From the NCBI GenBank assembly GCA_016930715.1, contig JAFGGC010000002.1, positions 126,059-190,058 of the forward strand: 64,000 bases of DNA, read 5' to 3'. How positions within the stretch are numbered: the stretch's first letter is position 1; each line of letters begins with the position of its first letter. The notes beneath the pieces were generated by a model. It searched no databases and was not told the DNA's origin. It was given only the letters and a program-made list of their open reading frames with translations. This document shows positions 18,833-27,710 of this stretch, piece by piece. The position numbers were made by a program, and so were the translations under genes. Origin of the DNA: Endomicrobiales bacterium. Lineage in GTDB: Bacteria; Elusimicrobiota; Endomicrobiia; Endomicrobiales; JAFGGC01.

Positions 18833-19720
18833 ATGGCAAAGACGGCGGAAAACAGACCAACGGCTTCCGTGGCGGTTATAGGCGGAAGCGGGCTTTATGA
18901 GATAGACGGCATCGAGGACGTGAAAACGGTAAAGGTAAAAACTCCGTTCGGCAGAACTTCCGACGACATCGTGGTAGGTTCTCTGGGCGGTGTCAGGTGC
19001 GCCTTCATTCCCAGGCACGGGCGCGGGCATTACATAATGCCTTCGGAGGTGAATTCCAGGGCTAATATTTTCGCTTTGAAGACTCTCGGCGTGGAAAAGA
19101 TACTTTCGATCTCCGCCTGCGGTTCACTCAAGGAAGAGGTAAAGCCCAGGGATTTTTTGATACCGGACCAGGTCTTCGACAGGACAAAGAACAGGCCTAG
19201 CACCTTTTTCGGGGGCGGCATCGTCGTTCACATAGGTTTTGCGGAGCCGTTCTGCGGCGAAATGAGAGACACGGTGCACCGCACCGTCAAGGAACTCGGG
19301 ATCACGCATCATTTCGGGGGGACGTACGTGTGCATAGAAGGCCCGCAGTTCTCCACTAAGGCGGAATCGGAAGTGAACAGGAAAATGGGGTTCAGTATTG
19401 TCGGAATGACGGTTCTGCCCGAAGCGAAGCTCGCCAGGGAAGCCGGGATGTGCTATGCGACGGTAGGCCTCGTGACGGACTACGACGTCTGGAAAGAGGG
19501 CGAAGAGGTCAGCGTCGAAAAGGTGCTGGCCGCCATCAATCAGAATGTCTCGAACAGCAAGAGGCTTATCAAGCACGTGGTGCCGGTGCTTGCCGCCGGG
19601 CAGAGGCGTTGCAGGTGCGGCTCGGCGCTCGAGAACGCCCTGATGACAAAGCCGGGAAAGATCAGCAGGTCCGTATTCAATAAACTGAAACCGATAATAG
19701 GCAATAACATCAAACTGTAA
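18833..19720 (+). CDS. mtnP: S-methyl-5'-thioadenosine phosphorylase
   Basis: VIGGSGLY, IPRHGRGH and ISACGSL are typical of MTAP-type phosphorylases. Confidence 0.8.
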   Translation: MAKTAENRPTASVAVIGGSGLYEIDGIEDVKTVKVKTPFGRTSDDIVVGSLGGVRCAFIPRHGRGHYIMPSEVNSRANIFALKTLGVEKILSISACGSLKEEVKPRDFLIPDQVFDRTKNRPSTFFGGGIVVHIGFAEPFCGEMRDTVHRTVKELGITHHFGGTYVCIEGPQFSTKAESEVNRKMGFSIVGMTVLPEAKLAREAGMCYATVGLVTDYDVWKEGEEVSVEKVLAAINQNVSNSKRLIKHVVPVLAAGQRRCRCGSALENALMTKPGKISRSVFNKLKPIIGNNIKL

Positions 19721-19735
19721 AGAAAAGGATGACCT

Positions 19736-20647
19736 ATGAGCATACTTGTGGTTGGTTCCGTGGCGCTTGATTCGGTAAAGACTCCTTTCGGCGAGAAGGA
19801 TGATGCGCTGGGAGGCTCGGCGGTGTATTTTTCAGTTTCTGCCTCCTATTTCACGGACGTGAGAATGGTGGCGGTAATAGGAAGGGATTTTCCCGAAGAG
19901 CACGTGAATCTGCTTAAAAAGCACAAAATTGACGTTGACGGCCTTCAGAAGGCTGAAGGAAAGACGTTCAGGTGGAAGGGAGAATACACCTATGACCTGA
20001 ACCAGGCCAACACTCTGGACACGCAGCTTAACGTTTTCGCGTCTTTCAAGCCCGAGATCCCGGAAAAATACAAGAATTCGGAATTTATTTTTCTTGCCAA
20101 CATCGACCCCGAATTGCAGAAACAGGTCGTGAAACAGGTAAAAAAACCGAAGATCGTCGCGTGCGACACGATGAATTTCTGGATAAGCGGAAAAAAGAAA
20201 GAGCTTCTGGAAACGCTCAAGCTCGTTAACATACTGATAATAAACGAGGCCGAAGCTCGGCAGCTGACGGGAGAAACGAACCTCGTGAAAGCGGCGGCAA
20301 AAATCCGTTCTTACGGACCCGAGTCGGTCGTCATCAAAAGAGGCGAATACGGCGCGCTGCTTTTTTCTAAAGACCACGTATTCTCGGCTCCGGCGTATCC
20401 CCTGGAGGTGATTAACGATCCCACCGGTGCGGGCGATTCGTTCGCGGGAGGGTTCATGGGGTACCTGGCGGGATGCGGAAAGACTGACGAGCAGAGTGTC
20501 AGGCAGGCAATGATAGTCGGAAGCGCGATGGCTTCTTTCAACGTTGAGGATTTCAGCCTGGGCAGGCTCTCCGGCCTGTCTCCTGAAATGATAAAAACGA
20601 GGTGCGGGGAATTCAGAAAACTCACGAGTTTTGAAATAATAAAATAA
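19736..20647 (+). CDS. PfkB-family (ribokinase-like) sugar/nucleoside kinase, substrate unknown
   Basis: PfkB signature DPTGAGDSFAGGF and N-terminal GGSAVYFS. 303 aa. Confidence 0.75.
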   Translation: MSILVVGSVALDSVKTPFGEKDDALGGSAVYFSVSASYFTDVRMVAVIGRDFPEEHVNLLKKHKIDVDGLQKAEGKTFRWKGEYTYDLNQANTLDTQLNVFASFKPEIPEKYKNSEFIFLANIDPELQKQVVKQVKKPKIVACDTMNFWISGKKKELLETLKLVNILIINEAEARQLTGETNLVKAAAKIRSYGPESVVIKRGEYGALLFSKDHVFSAPAYPLEVINDPTGAGDSFAGGFMGYLAGCGKTDEQSVRQAMIVGSAMASFNVEDFSLGRLSGLSPEMIKTRCGEFRKLTSFEIIK

Positions 20648-20660
20648 TTCAGGTCACGGA

Positions 20661-22820
20661 TTGGTCAAGATGTCATATTATTCTATTGTAGCCTTGATAA
20701 ACGGGCTTGCCGGCGTAATAGTCTTGATCGTGTTGATGTTGAGGGATCCGGCATCAAAGGTCAACAGAAGGTTCGCCGTTTTCTGTTTGAACGTCGCAGT
20801 CTGGTCTTTTTGCTACCTCTTCTGGCAGAAGTCCACGGATTCGAGAACGGCGTTCCTGTGGTGCCAGATTCTGATGGCGTCATCAGCCTTCATACCCTCC
20901 ACATTCTTCCACTTCAACATAACGCTTATAGGCCAGCCCGTAAAATACTCCAGGCTCACCAAGGTATTCTACGCCGTATCCTTTCTTTTCTTTCTTTCCG
21001 TGTTCAACCAGTCCTTCATCGCTGACGTCAGGCAGAGGCTCTACTTCATGTTCTGGCCGAGCGCCGGGGCGCTCTTCTTTCCTTACATGCTGTTCTACGC
21101 GGCGGTGACGATTTTCACTCAGGTGAAGATGTTCCTGTATTACAGGACGCTGACCGGGCTTCCCAGGAACCAGATAAAGTACCTGTTCATGCTCTCGATT
21201 CTTTTCTTCCTGGGATGGATGTCAAATTACCCTCTCTCATACGACATAATGGTCCCGCCCGTGGGCAATCTTCTCGTTTTCGTGTACATACTCCTGGTGC
21301 CGTACGCGCTTGAAAACTACAAGCTTCTCGATATCAGGATAGCCGTGACGCGGGCCGGCATCTTCCTCGTTGTATACACGCTTATTATGGGCCTGCCGTT
21401 CCTGATAGGGTTCAAAACCGGCGGTTGGATCTGGTCGCTGCTGCTCATGGGAGTGCTGGCGAGCATCGGGCCTCTCGTTTACCATTTGCTTAAAAAAAAG
21501 GCGGAGAACATACTACTCGCTCAGCAGAGGCGCTACCAGCAGATTCTGCTGCAGGCGTCCTCCGGGATGCTCAGGGAGCACGACCTGAACAAGGTCCTTA
21601 AACTGATCGTCTACATCATCAAGAAGGCCGTGGACATAGAATTCGCCGCCATTTTCCTCGAGAACAGGGAGGAAGAGATATACTCGCTCAGGGCCTCGAG
21701 GGGGCATATAAAATTCCACGAAAAATTCTATTTCACGCACAATCACCCTCTGGTGCTGTACATGAAGAAAAAACGGGATCCCTTCGCGATAGAGGAAATT
21801 TCTAAATCCATGGAAGGCTTCATGGACGTCGACCTCGGGATACGGCTCGTGGTGCCTTCGTTAATAGAGGACAGGATGCTGGGTTTCCTCGCTCTCGGAG
21901 GGAAACACAACAAGAAACCGTATTCACAGGACGACCTGAACGTTTTTGTCACGTTGTCTAACCAGTCAGCCCTGGCGATAGAGAACTGCATGTTCATGGA
22001 GGAATTCAGGCAGGCCCAGGAAAAGATATTCAATGCCGAAAAGCTCGCTTCAATAGGCGGAATGGCGGACGGGGTTGCTCATCAGATAAAGAACAGGCTG
22101 AACCAGTTCTCGGTGGTCGCGGGCGAGCAAAAGTACGAACTGCAGGATTTCATCGAGAAGAACGCCGCGCTTCTCGAGTCGAACAGGGGCCTCAGGGAAA
22201 TCTTCGACAGCCTCACGGTTATGTCGGATTCGATGATAGAAAACGTCAAGAAGACAACCGGCATAATTCAGGGGATCTTGAGTTTCGCGAGGATGAAGGA
22301 AAAAGAAGGGTTTTTCGGCGAAATCCCGATAATGGACGTCGTAAAACCTTCCATTGAGCTTCTCTGCATAAAGCACCACATCGCCGATTTTCCGATAGAG
22401 ATGCACTGCGAGGACATCCAGACGGTTTACGGCGTGAAGTCCCAGCTAATGGAAAGCATGTATAACATACTCGACAACGGTTTCGAGGCGGTAAGGGAAA
22501 AGGTCAACTTTTACCTTAAGGGAAAGGAAAAAGAGGAGTTCAAGCCGCTGATAAGAATGAGATGCACCCAGAAGGAGGATTCGTACTTCATCGAGATAAG
22601 CGATAACGGCATAGGCATAAAGGACGAGAACAAGAGAAAAGTGTTCGCTCCTTTTTTCACGACAAAATCCTCGTATAAATCTGGTACGGGCATCGGTATG
22701 TACGTGGTCAAAAGAATGATTGAGGAGAACCACAAGGGCAAAATCTGGTATGAGTCCGAATACATGAAGGGAACGAGGATATACATTCAATTGCCGAAGG
22801 CGGGCAAAAGCCTGGCCTGA
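20661..22820 (+). CDS. Sensor histidine kinase with polytopic N-terminal (7TM-type) sensor and GAF-like domain
   Basis: About 7 hydrophobic helices in the first 290 aa, then a GAF-like region. H-box GVAHQIKNRLNQ. HATPase boxes ILDNGFEA, SDNGIGI and GTGIGMYVV. The start is ambiguous (TTG 20661 or ATG 20670). Confidence 0.8.
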   Translation: MVKMSYYSIVALINGLAGVIVLIVLMLRDPASKVNRRFAVFCLNVAVWSFCYLFWQKSTDSRTAFLWCQILMASSAFIPSTFFHFNITLIGQPVKYSRLTKVFYAVSFLFFLSVFNQSFIADVRQRLYFMFWPSAGALFFPYMLFYAAVTIFTQVKMFLYYRTLTGLPRNQIKYLFMLSILFFLGWMSNYPLSYDIMVPPVGNLLVFVYILLVPYALENYKLLDIRIAVTRAGIFLVVYTLIMGLPFLIGFKTGGWIWSLLLMGVLASIGPLVYHLLKKKAENILLAQQRRYQQILLQASSGMLREHDLNKVLKLIVYIIKKAVDIEFAAIFLENREEEIYSLRASRGHIKFHEKFYFTHNHPLVLYMKKKRDPFAIEEISKSMEGFMDVDLGIRLVVPSLIEDRMLGFLALGGKHNKKPYSQDDLNVFVTLSNQSALAIENCMFMEEFRQAQEKIFNAEKLASIGGMADGVAHQIKNRLNQFSVVAGEQKYELQDFIEKNAALLESNRGLREIFDSLTVMSDSMIENVKKTTGIIQGILSFARMKEKEGFFGEIPIMDVVKPSIELLCIKHHIADFPIEMHCEDIQTVYGVKSQLMESMYNILDNGFEAVREKVNFYLKGKEKEEFKPLIRMRCTQKEDSYFIEISDNGIGIKDENKRKVFAPFFTTKSSYKSGTGIGMYVVKRMIEENHKGKIWYESEYMKGTRIYIQLPKAGKSLA

Positions 22821-22835
22821 GTTTGCGGGGAGTCT

Positions 22836-23228
22836 ATGAAGAAAGCATACGAAAAACTGGTAAATTCGGCGAAAGCGGCGCTTAAAAACGCGTATTCGCC
22901 GTATTCGAAGTTCAAGGTCGGGGCGGCTGTTTTAACGGGTGAGGGCAGGATATTCACGGGCGCGAACGTCGAGAACGGTTCGTTCGGATTAACGTGCTGC
23001 GCCGAAAGGGTGGCGATATACAAGGCCGTTTCGGAAGGGTACGGGAGGATAAAGGCGGTCGCCATCGTGTCTTCCGGAAAAGGTTTCGTGACGCCCTGCG
23101 GCGCCTGCAGGCAGGTGATCGTGGAATTCAACGAAAACGCCGACGTGGTGCTGGTATCCAGGGGTGGCAGGACAAAAACCCTTAAAGCCTCAGGTCTCCT
23201 CCCGAAAAGGTTCTCCTTTAAAAAATGA
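22836..23228 (+). CDS. cdd: Cytidine deaminase
   Basis: Zinc ligand motifs CAERVAI and PCGACRQ. 130 aa. Confidence 0.9.
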   Translation: MKKAYEKLVNSAKAALKNAYSPYSKFKVGAAVLTGEGRIFTGANVENGSFGLTCCAERVAIYKAVSEGYGRIKAVAIVSSGKGFVTPCGACRQVIVEFNENADVVLVSRGGRTKTLKASGLLPKRFSFKK

Positions 23229-25285
23229 AGAAGCGGATAATCGGATTATTATTTATAGTTCTGTTCGCCGCGGCCGGTGCGCACGCGGTTCAGAAGATAA
23301 CGAAAGTATCGGGCGACGGTCAGACGGGAATAGAAGGATATCCTCTGAAGGAAGATTTCGTCGTCCGGGTGTTGGACGCTAAAGGAAGGCCTCTGAGCGG
23401 AGTGCCGGTGGCGTGCGTGGTCTTGTACGAAAAAAACGGCATACCGGACAGCATAACCAGAGCTGAGAGCTGCGTCAGCGCGCCGCTGACAATTACTGAC
23501 GACGACGGCACGGCCAGGATGAGGCTGCATCTGGCTTATCCCTACAACGGCAATGTTACCACGATACTTTCAACGCGCGACACGGTGGGGAATCCTGCGA
23601 TATTCAGGACCCGGGCGCATTCTAAATACTGGTTGGTAATGCTCATTTTCGGGTTGTTCGGCGGCCTGGGCGTGTTCCTGTTCGGGATGTTCTTTCTAAA
23701 CGACGCACTGCAGAAACTCGCCGGGTCAAAGCTGAAGGAAGTGCTGGTAGCCCTGACGAGCTCTCCGGTGAAGGGGATGTCGACCGGGCTTTTCGTCACG
23801 TTTTTCAACCAGTCCAGCTCGGCGACGACGCTTCTCGAGGTGAGCCTCGTGAGCGCGGGCCTTCTGACCTTTTACCAGACGATGGCGGTGACCATGGGCG
23901 CGGAGGTCGGGTCAACGATAACGGCGCAGCTCGTCGCGTTCCGCCTGGACGAATACTCGATACTGATAGCCGGCCTGGGTTTTTTCGTGTTTTTCATGTC
24001 GAGGACGAAAAAAGGGCAGAGCATAGGCAACGCCATACTGGGTTTCGGCATACTTTTTTTGGGGATGAAGATAATGGCAGACCTCGTTTCGCCCTTGCGG
24101 GACCACGCGCCGTTCCTGGAGTTGATGGAAGGATTCAAGAAACCGTATCTCGGGATCTTGGTCGGGATGCTTTTTGCGATGCTCGTGCATTCAAGCGGCG
24201 CGGCGAGCGGCGTGGTTATCGCCCTTGCCCTTGCCGGGGCCGTGAGCCTGCCGCAGGCGATCCATCTCAATCTCGGCGCTCAGATAGGAACGTGCATAAC
24301 GGCGGGCCTGGGTTCCATAGGCAGGGGAAGGGAGGGAAAAAGGGTAGCGTTGTGGCACGTCATTCACCAGACGGCCGGGGTACTGATGGTATATCCTTTT
24401 CTGACGGTGATAACCTTCAACGGAGAGGTGTCGTGGGTTTATTTCACGAGGTGGTTCACCAAGACTTTCTTTTTTACTGAAGACCTTGCCAGGCAGATTG
24501 CCATGGCCCACACGCTGGTAGCCGCACTGAACGCGCTCATCTTCCTTCCTTTTCTGGGAATCGCCAGAAAATACATACTGAAGCTGTATCCGCCCCTAGA
24601 AGAAGAAAAACCGTTCGGACCCATATATATCGACGATGGCCTCATTTCGGCGCCGTCCATCGCGCTCGAGCAGGCCAAAAAAGAAGTGACACGCGAAGCG
24701 GAGATAGCCCTTGAAATGGTAAAGGATTCCATCGAAATATTCGAATCTCAGGAACTGAGGCTCTGTGAGATAGTGTCCTTGAAGGACGTCAGAGTGGACG
24801 TGCTGAGGAACGCCGTGGTACCTTATCTGACAAGAATGGCCCAGGAAAATTCGCTGACTGAAGAGCAGTCAAAACAGGAGCTTCAGCTTATCTATTTGGC
24901 AGACAACTTGGAGGGCATAGGCGACGTAATCGACAAGAACGTCATACCCCTGGCGAGGAAAAAGCTGGAGAACAAGCTGTGGTTCTCGGACCAGGGTTGG
25001 AAGGACATCGTTGAACTGCATTCAAGAGTGACAGGAAACATAGAAAAGCTGATTAATACATTGAAGAGCGGGAATCTGGAACTGGCGAAGCTCATCGTTG
25101 AGACTAAGGGAGATTTCAGTCTTTTTGAATCCGAGCTCAGGAAGAGGCACGTGGGGCGCCTGCATTCCGGGCTCCAGGAATCCCTCGAAACCTCGAGCGT
25201 ACATCTTGACCTCATCGATCAGCTGAAACGCATAAATTCCCACACTGTCGCGGCGGCCTACACCTTGCTTGGAAGGTTCAAGTAG
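23225..25285 (+). CDS. Na/Pi cotransporter family protein with N-terminal signal peptide + Ig-like domain and C-terminal PhoU-like region
   Basis: Residues 1-130 contain a signal peptide and the pattern VSGDGQTGIEGYPLKEDFVVRVLDAKGRPLSGVPV (Big_1/invasin-like). The NptA-type core follows (GGLGVFLFGMFFLNDALQKL, repeated membrane halves), then a helical PhoU-like tail. ATGA overlap with cdd. Confidence 0.75.
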   Translation: MKKRIIGLLFIVLFAAAGAHAVQKITKVSGDGQTGIEGYPLKEDFVVRVLDAKGRPLSGVPVACVVLYEKNGIPDSITRAESCVSAPLTITDDDGTARMRLHLAYPYNGNVTTILSTRDTVGNPAIFRTRAHSKYWLVMLIFGLFGGLGVFLFGMFFLNDALQKLAGSKLKEVLVALTSSPVKGMSTGLFVTFFNQSSSATTLLEVSLVSAGLLTFYQTMAVTMGAEVGSTITAQLVAFRLDEYSILIAGLGFFVFFMSRTKKGQSIGNAILGFGILFLGMKIMADLVSPLRDHAPFLELMEGFKKPYLGILVGMLFAMLVHSSGAASGVVIALALAGAVSLPQAIHLNLGAQIGTCITAGLGSIGRGREGKRVALWHVIHQTAGVLMVYPFLTVITFNGEVSWVYFTRWFTKTFFFTEDLARQIAMAHTLVAALNALIFLPFLGIARKYILKLYPPLEEEKPFGPIYIDDGLISAPSIALEQAKKEVTREAEIALEMVKDSIEIFESQELRLCEIVSLKDVRVDVLRNAVVPYLTRMAQENSLTEEQSKQELQLIYLADNLEGIGDVIDKNVIPLARKKLENKLWFSDQGWKDIVELHSRVTGNIEKLINTLKSGNLELAKLIVETKGDFSLFESELRKRHVGRLHSGLQESLETSSVHLDLIDQLKRINSHTVAAAYTLLGRFK

Positions 25286-25321
25286 CCGGCAGACCAAAGA
25301 CCGGTAAAAACAGGCGGAGAA

Positions 25322-26605
25322 ATGGAAACGGGAAAAATAAAGGAAAACGAATCTAAATACCAAAAGTTAAAGAGCGCGATCATTGAAAGGATTTCAGGCG
25401 CCATGGGTGAAGCCGCAGTGAAGGCGATGCTTGCCGCGCTCGAGGCTTATGAAAAGGAAACGGCCAGGGATATAGAGCTGTCCAGAAACGAATCGGCCGG
25501 CGTCAGGGAGGAAAACATCATCCTTCGTTCGATTTCCGGTGTCTCGGAAGACGATATGAAGGCGATGCTGGTAAAACAGGGTAAGGAGCTGCAGTTCCTG
25601 CGAAGCGAGCTTCTGGCCTCGAAAAAGGCGCTTGAAAAAATCCGCGAAGAAAACGACGTCCTCAAATACGACAAGGAAGTTCTTTCGAGGGTCCTCAAGG
25701 ACACCGAGGATAAAAAATCGGATGAAGAAAAACATTTCGGTAAAAACATCGATGATGTCAATGTCAAGATGAAGGGCTACGCGGAACAGATCGAAAGAAA
25801 AACCAAGGAATGCGACAAAATAATGGGGGAATACGAAAGAAAAACAGCGGAACACGACGCCGAAGTAAGAAAGAGGGCGGCGGAAGAGGTAAAGGAGATA
25901 GCCGTAAGGTTCAACAACATCTGCGCGGACCTCACGGGAGAATCAGCAGGGATAAGAGAGAGGATGGAAAGCGTTAAAAAGGAATTGATGAAACCTCCCA
26001 AAAAAGGACTGGCGGCGATATTCGGAAAAAAAGAGACGAATAACGAGCTGATAGCGGAGATCCAGGGCGGCATAGACACGGTAATGGATGGATCGAAACG
26101 GATAGGTAATCTGATAGGAGAGTATCTCAAGATATTCAGCGTTCAGGATCCGTCCATCGGGAACGTCGAATGGAAAAGCGTAGTCGACGGCATAAGGAAA
26201 AAATACGACGGCATTGCAGGCGTGAGAAGGGTACAGATAAACGCTCCGAAAAACATCGCGGTTCCCGCGGTCAGGTCTGACAGGGATGTCATAACACAAA
26301 TACTGAATATATTCATGCAGAACGCGATGGAAGCGGTGGGCCAAAACGGCGGCATCAGCATAAGAATCCATTCGAACGCCGAAAAGGTGGCCGTGGAAAT
26401 CGAGGACAACGGGCGCGGCGTGAAGGAAAATGAAAGGAAAAAACTGTTCGGCCCGTTTTACACGACGAAATCAGGGCATAACGGTCTGGGCCTTGCCTAC
26501 GCCGAAAGACTTGCGGAAAAAATTGGCGCGAAGGTTTCCTACAGGCCCCTGGATCAGGGGAGTTCGTTTTCACTCGAGATTGCCGTGAAAGAGGAAAAGC
26601 CATGA
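25322..26605 (+). CDS. Coiled-coil protein with C-terminal GHKL/HATPase_c domain, no recognisable H-box
   Basis: N box ILNIFMQNAMEA, G1 EDNGRG and G2 SGHNGLGLAYA. The 300 aa upstream are Lys/Glu-rich coiled coil. There is no His in the ~150 residues preceding the N box. Confidence 0.6.
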   Translation: METGKIKENESKYQKLKSAIIERISGAMGEAAVKAMLAALEAYEKETARDIELSRNESAGVREENIILRSISGVSEDDMKAMLVKQGKELQFLRSELLASKKALEKIREENDVLKYDKEVLSRVLKDTEDKKSDEEKHFGKNIDDVNVKMKGYAEQIERKTKECDKIMGEYERKTAEHDAEVRKRAAEEVKEIAVRFNNICADLTGESAGIRERMESVKKELMKPPKKGLAAIFGKKETNNELIAEIQGGIDTVMDGSKRIGNLIGEYLKIFSVQDPSIGNVEWKSVVDGIRKKYDGIAGVRRVQINAPKNIAVPAVRSDRDVITQILNIFMQNAMEAVGQNGGISIRIHSNAEKVAVEIEDNGRGVKENERKKLFGPFYTTKSGHNGLGLAYAERLAEKIGAKVSYRPLDQGSSFSLEIAVKEEKP

Positions 26606-27684
26606 CCGCGCAAATAAAATCAAAAGTGCACCTGCTGTTTCCGTTCGACCTGGGACTTGAGCTTGATTTTACGGGGAAAGACGCATCGCAGTTTTTCAAG
26701 GAAATATCCACCAGGCGCATGGGGATGTTGTCGATTGAAGGCAAGAAATTCACGGACACTGAATTCACCACGCAGGTCTACAGGTTCGGCGTGGGGATGA
26801 TACAGATATCCTTCGAACTCGAAAGCGACCTAGATTACCTGGCGAACCTTTCCTGCAGGATAGAAAAGATATACGTGGGAAAGACCGGGATAATTTCCTA
26901 TTGCCAGTCTCTCGTTGAGGGATTGATAGGCAGAGCGGCAAAATACGCGAAATACCGCTACGAGAAGCGCTTCAACGAAAGCGAGCTGTTCCCGATAACG
27001 GTGTTCAAGCAGCAGCCGGCTGACGACGCGAACGCGTTCATAAAGAAGCATCAAAAGGCGTTGTTCGGACTGCTGTCCGGTGAGTCAAGATACGACCTCC
27101 TTTCGGCGTTCGTCCTTGAAAAGGACAAGATAGTCAACTACGGGTACTACGAAAACGAGATCATACTCATAAAGAGGTTCGGCGCGGCGGTCTATTCCGG
27201 GGAATCGTCGGTGATAATCGAAATGATAAAGCTCGCTTTCGCGCAGTACTGGTCGCTGAGGGCGTACAATTACATACTCGACCTTGAGCTTGACACGAGC
27301 CAGAAGCTCCTCGACAAACTGCCGCCCTACTACAAGTTCTGGCTCATCCCGAACGCCTACCAGATATTCTCGAACGAGGCCCTTGGTTTCGACCGTGACA
27401 AGATAAGCATAGTGGATTCGCTCTACAACGTCATATCGAACGTGCCCGCCGTGGAATCGGACTGGCACCTGAGGACTCTGCATCAGGACGTGAACAAGGT
27501 TTTCAATATCGACGAACTGCACAAGACGGTCGAAACCAAGATCGAAAGGATAGAAGAGTCCTACAATTCGGCGCGGGAATACCTGTCAACGAATTTCTTC
27601 ATACTCCTGGACATAATATTCTTCCTTTCGCTTGTTTGGTCAGTAGTGGACACCTTCCTTCTGTGGAGAATAAGCGCGAAATAA
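26602..27684 (+). CDS. Hypothetical protein with single C-terminal TM helix (possibly RMD1/DUF155- or CorA-like architecture)
   Basis: 360 aa with a soluble alpha/beta-looking N-region and long helices. Terminal TM FFILLDIIFFLSLVWSVVDTFLLW. ATGA overlap with the preceding gene. The family assignment is tentative. Confidence 0.5.
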   Translation: MTAQIKSKVHLLFPFDLGLELDFTGKDASQFFKEISTRRMGMLSIEGKKFTDTEFTTQVYRFGVGMIQISFELESDLDYLANLSCRIEKIYVGKTGIISYCQSLVEGLIGRAAKYAKYRYEKRFNESELFPITVFKQQPADDANAFIKKHQKALFGLLSGESRYDLLSAFVLEKDKIVNYGYYENEIILIKRFGAAVYSGESSVIIEMIKLAFAQYWSLRAYNYILDLELDTSQKLLDKLPPYYKFWLIPNAYQIFSNEALGFDRDKISIVDSLYNVISNVPAVESDWHLRTLHQDVNKVFNIDELHKTVETKIERIEESYNSAREYLSTNFFILLDIIFFLSLVWSVVDTFLLWRISAK

Positions 27685-27710
27685 CAATAAAACGACAAAA
27701 GGAGAGCTTT

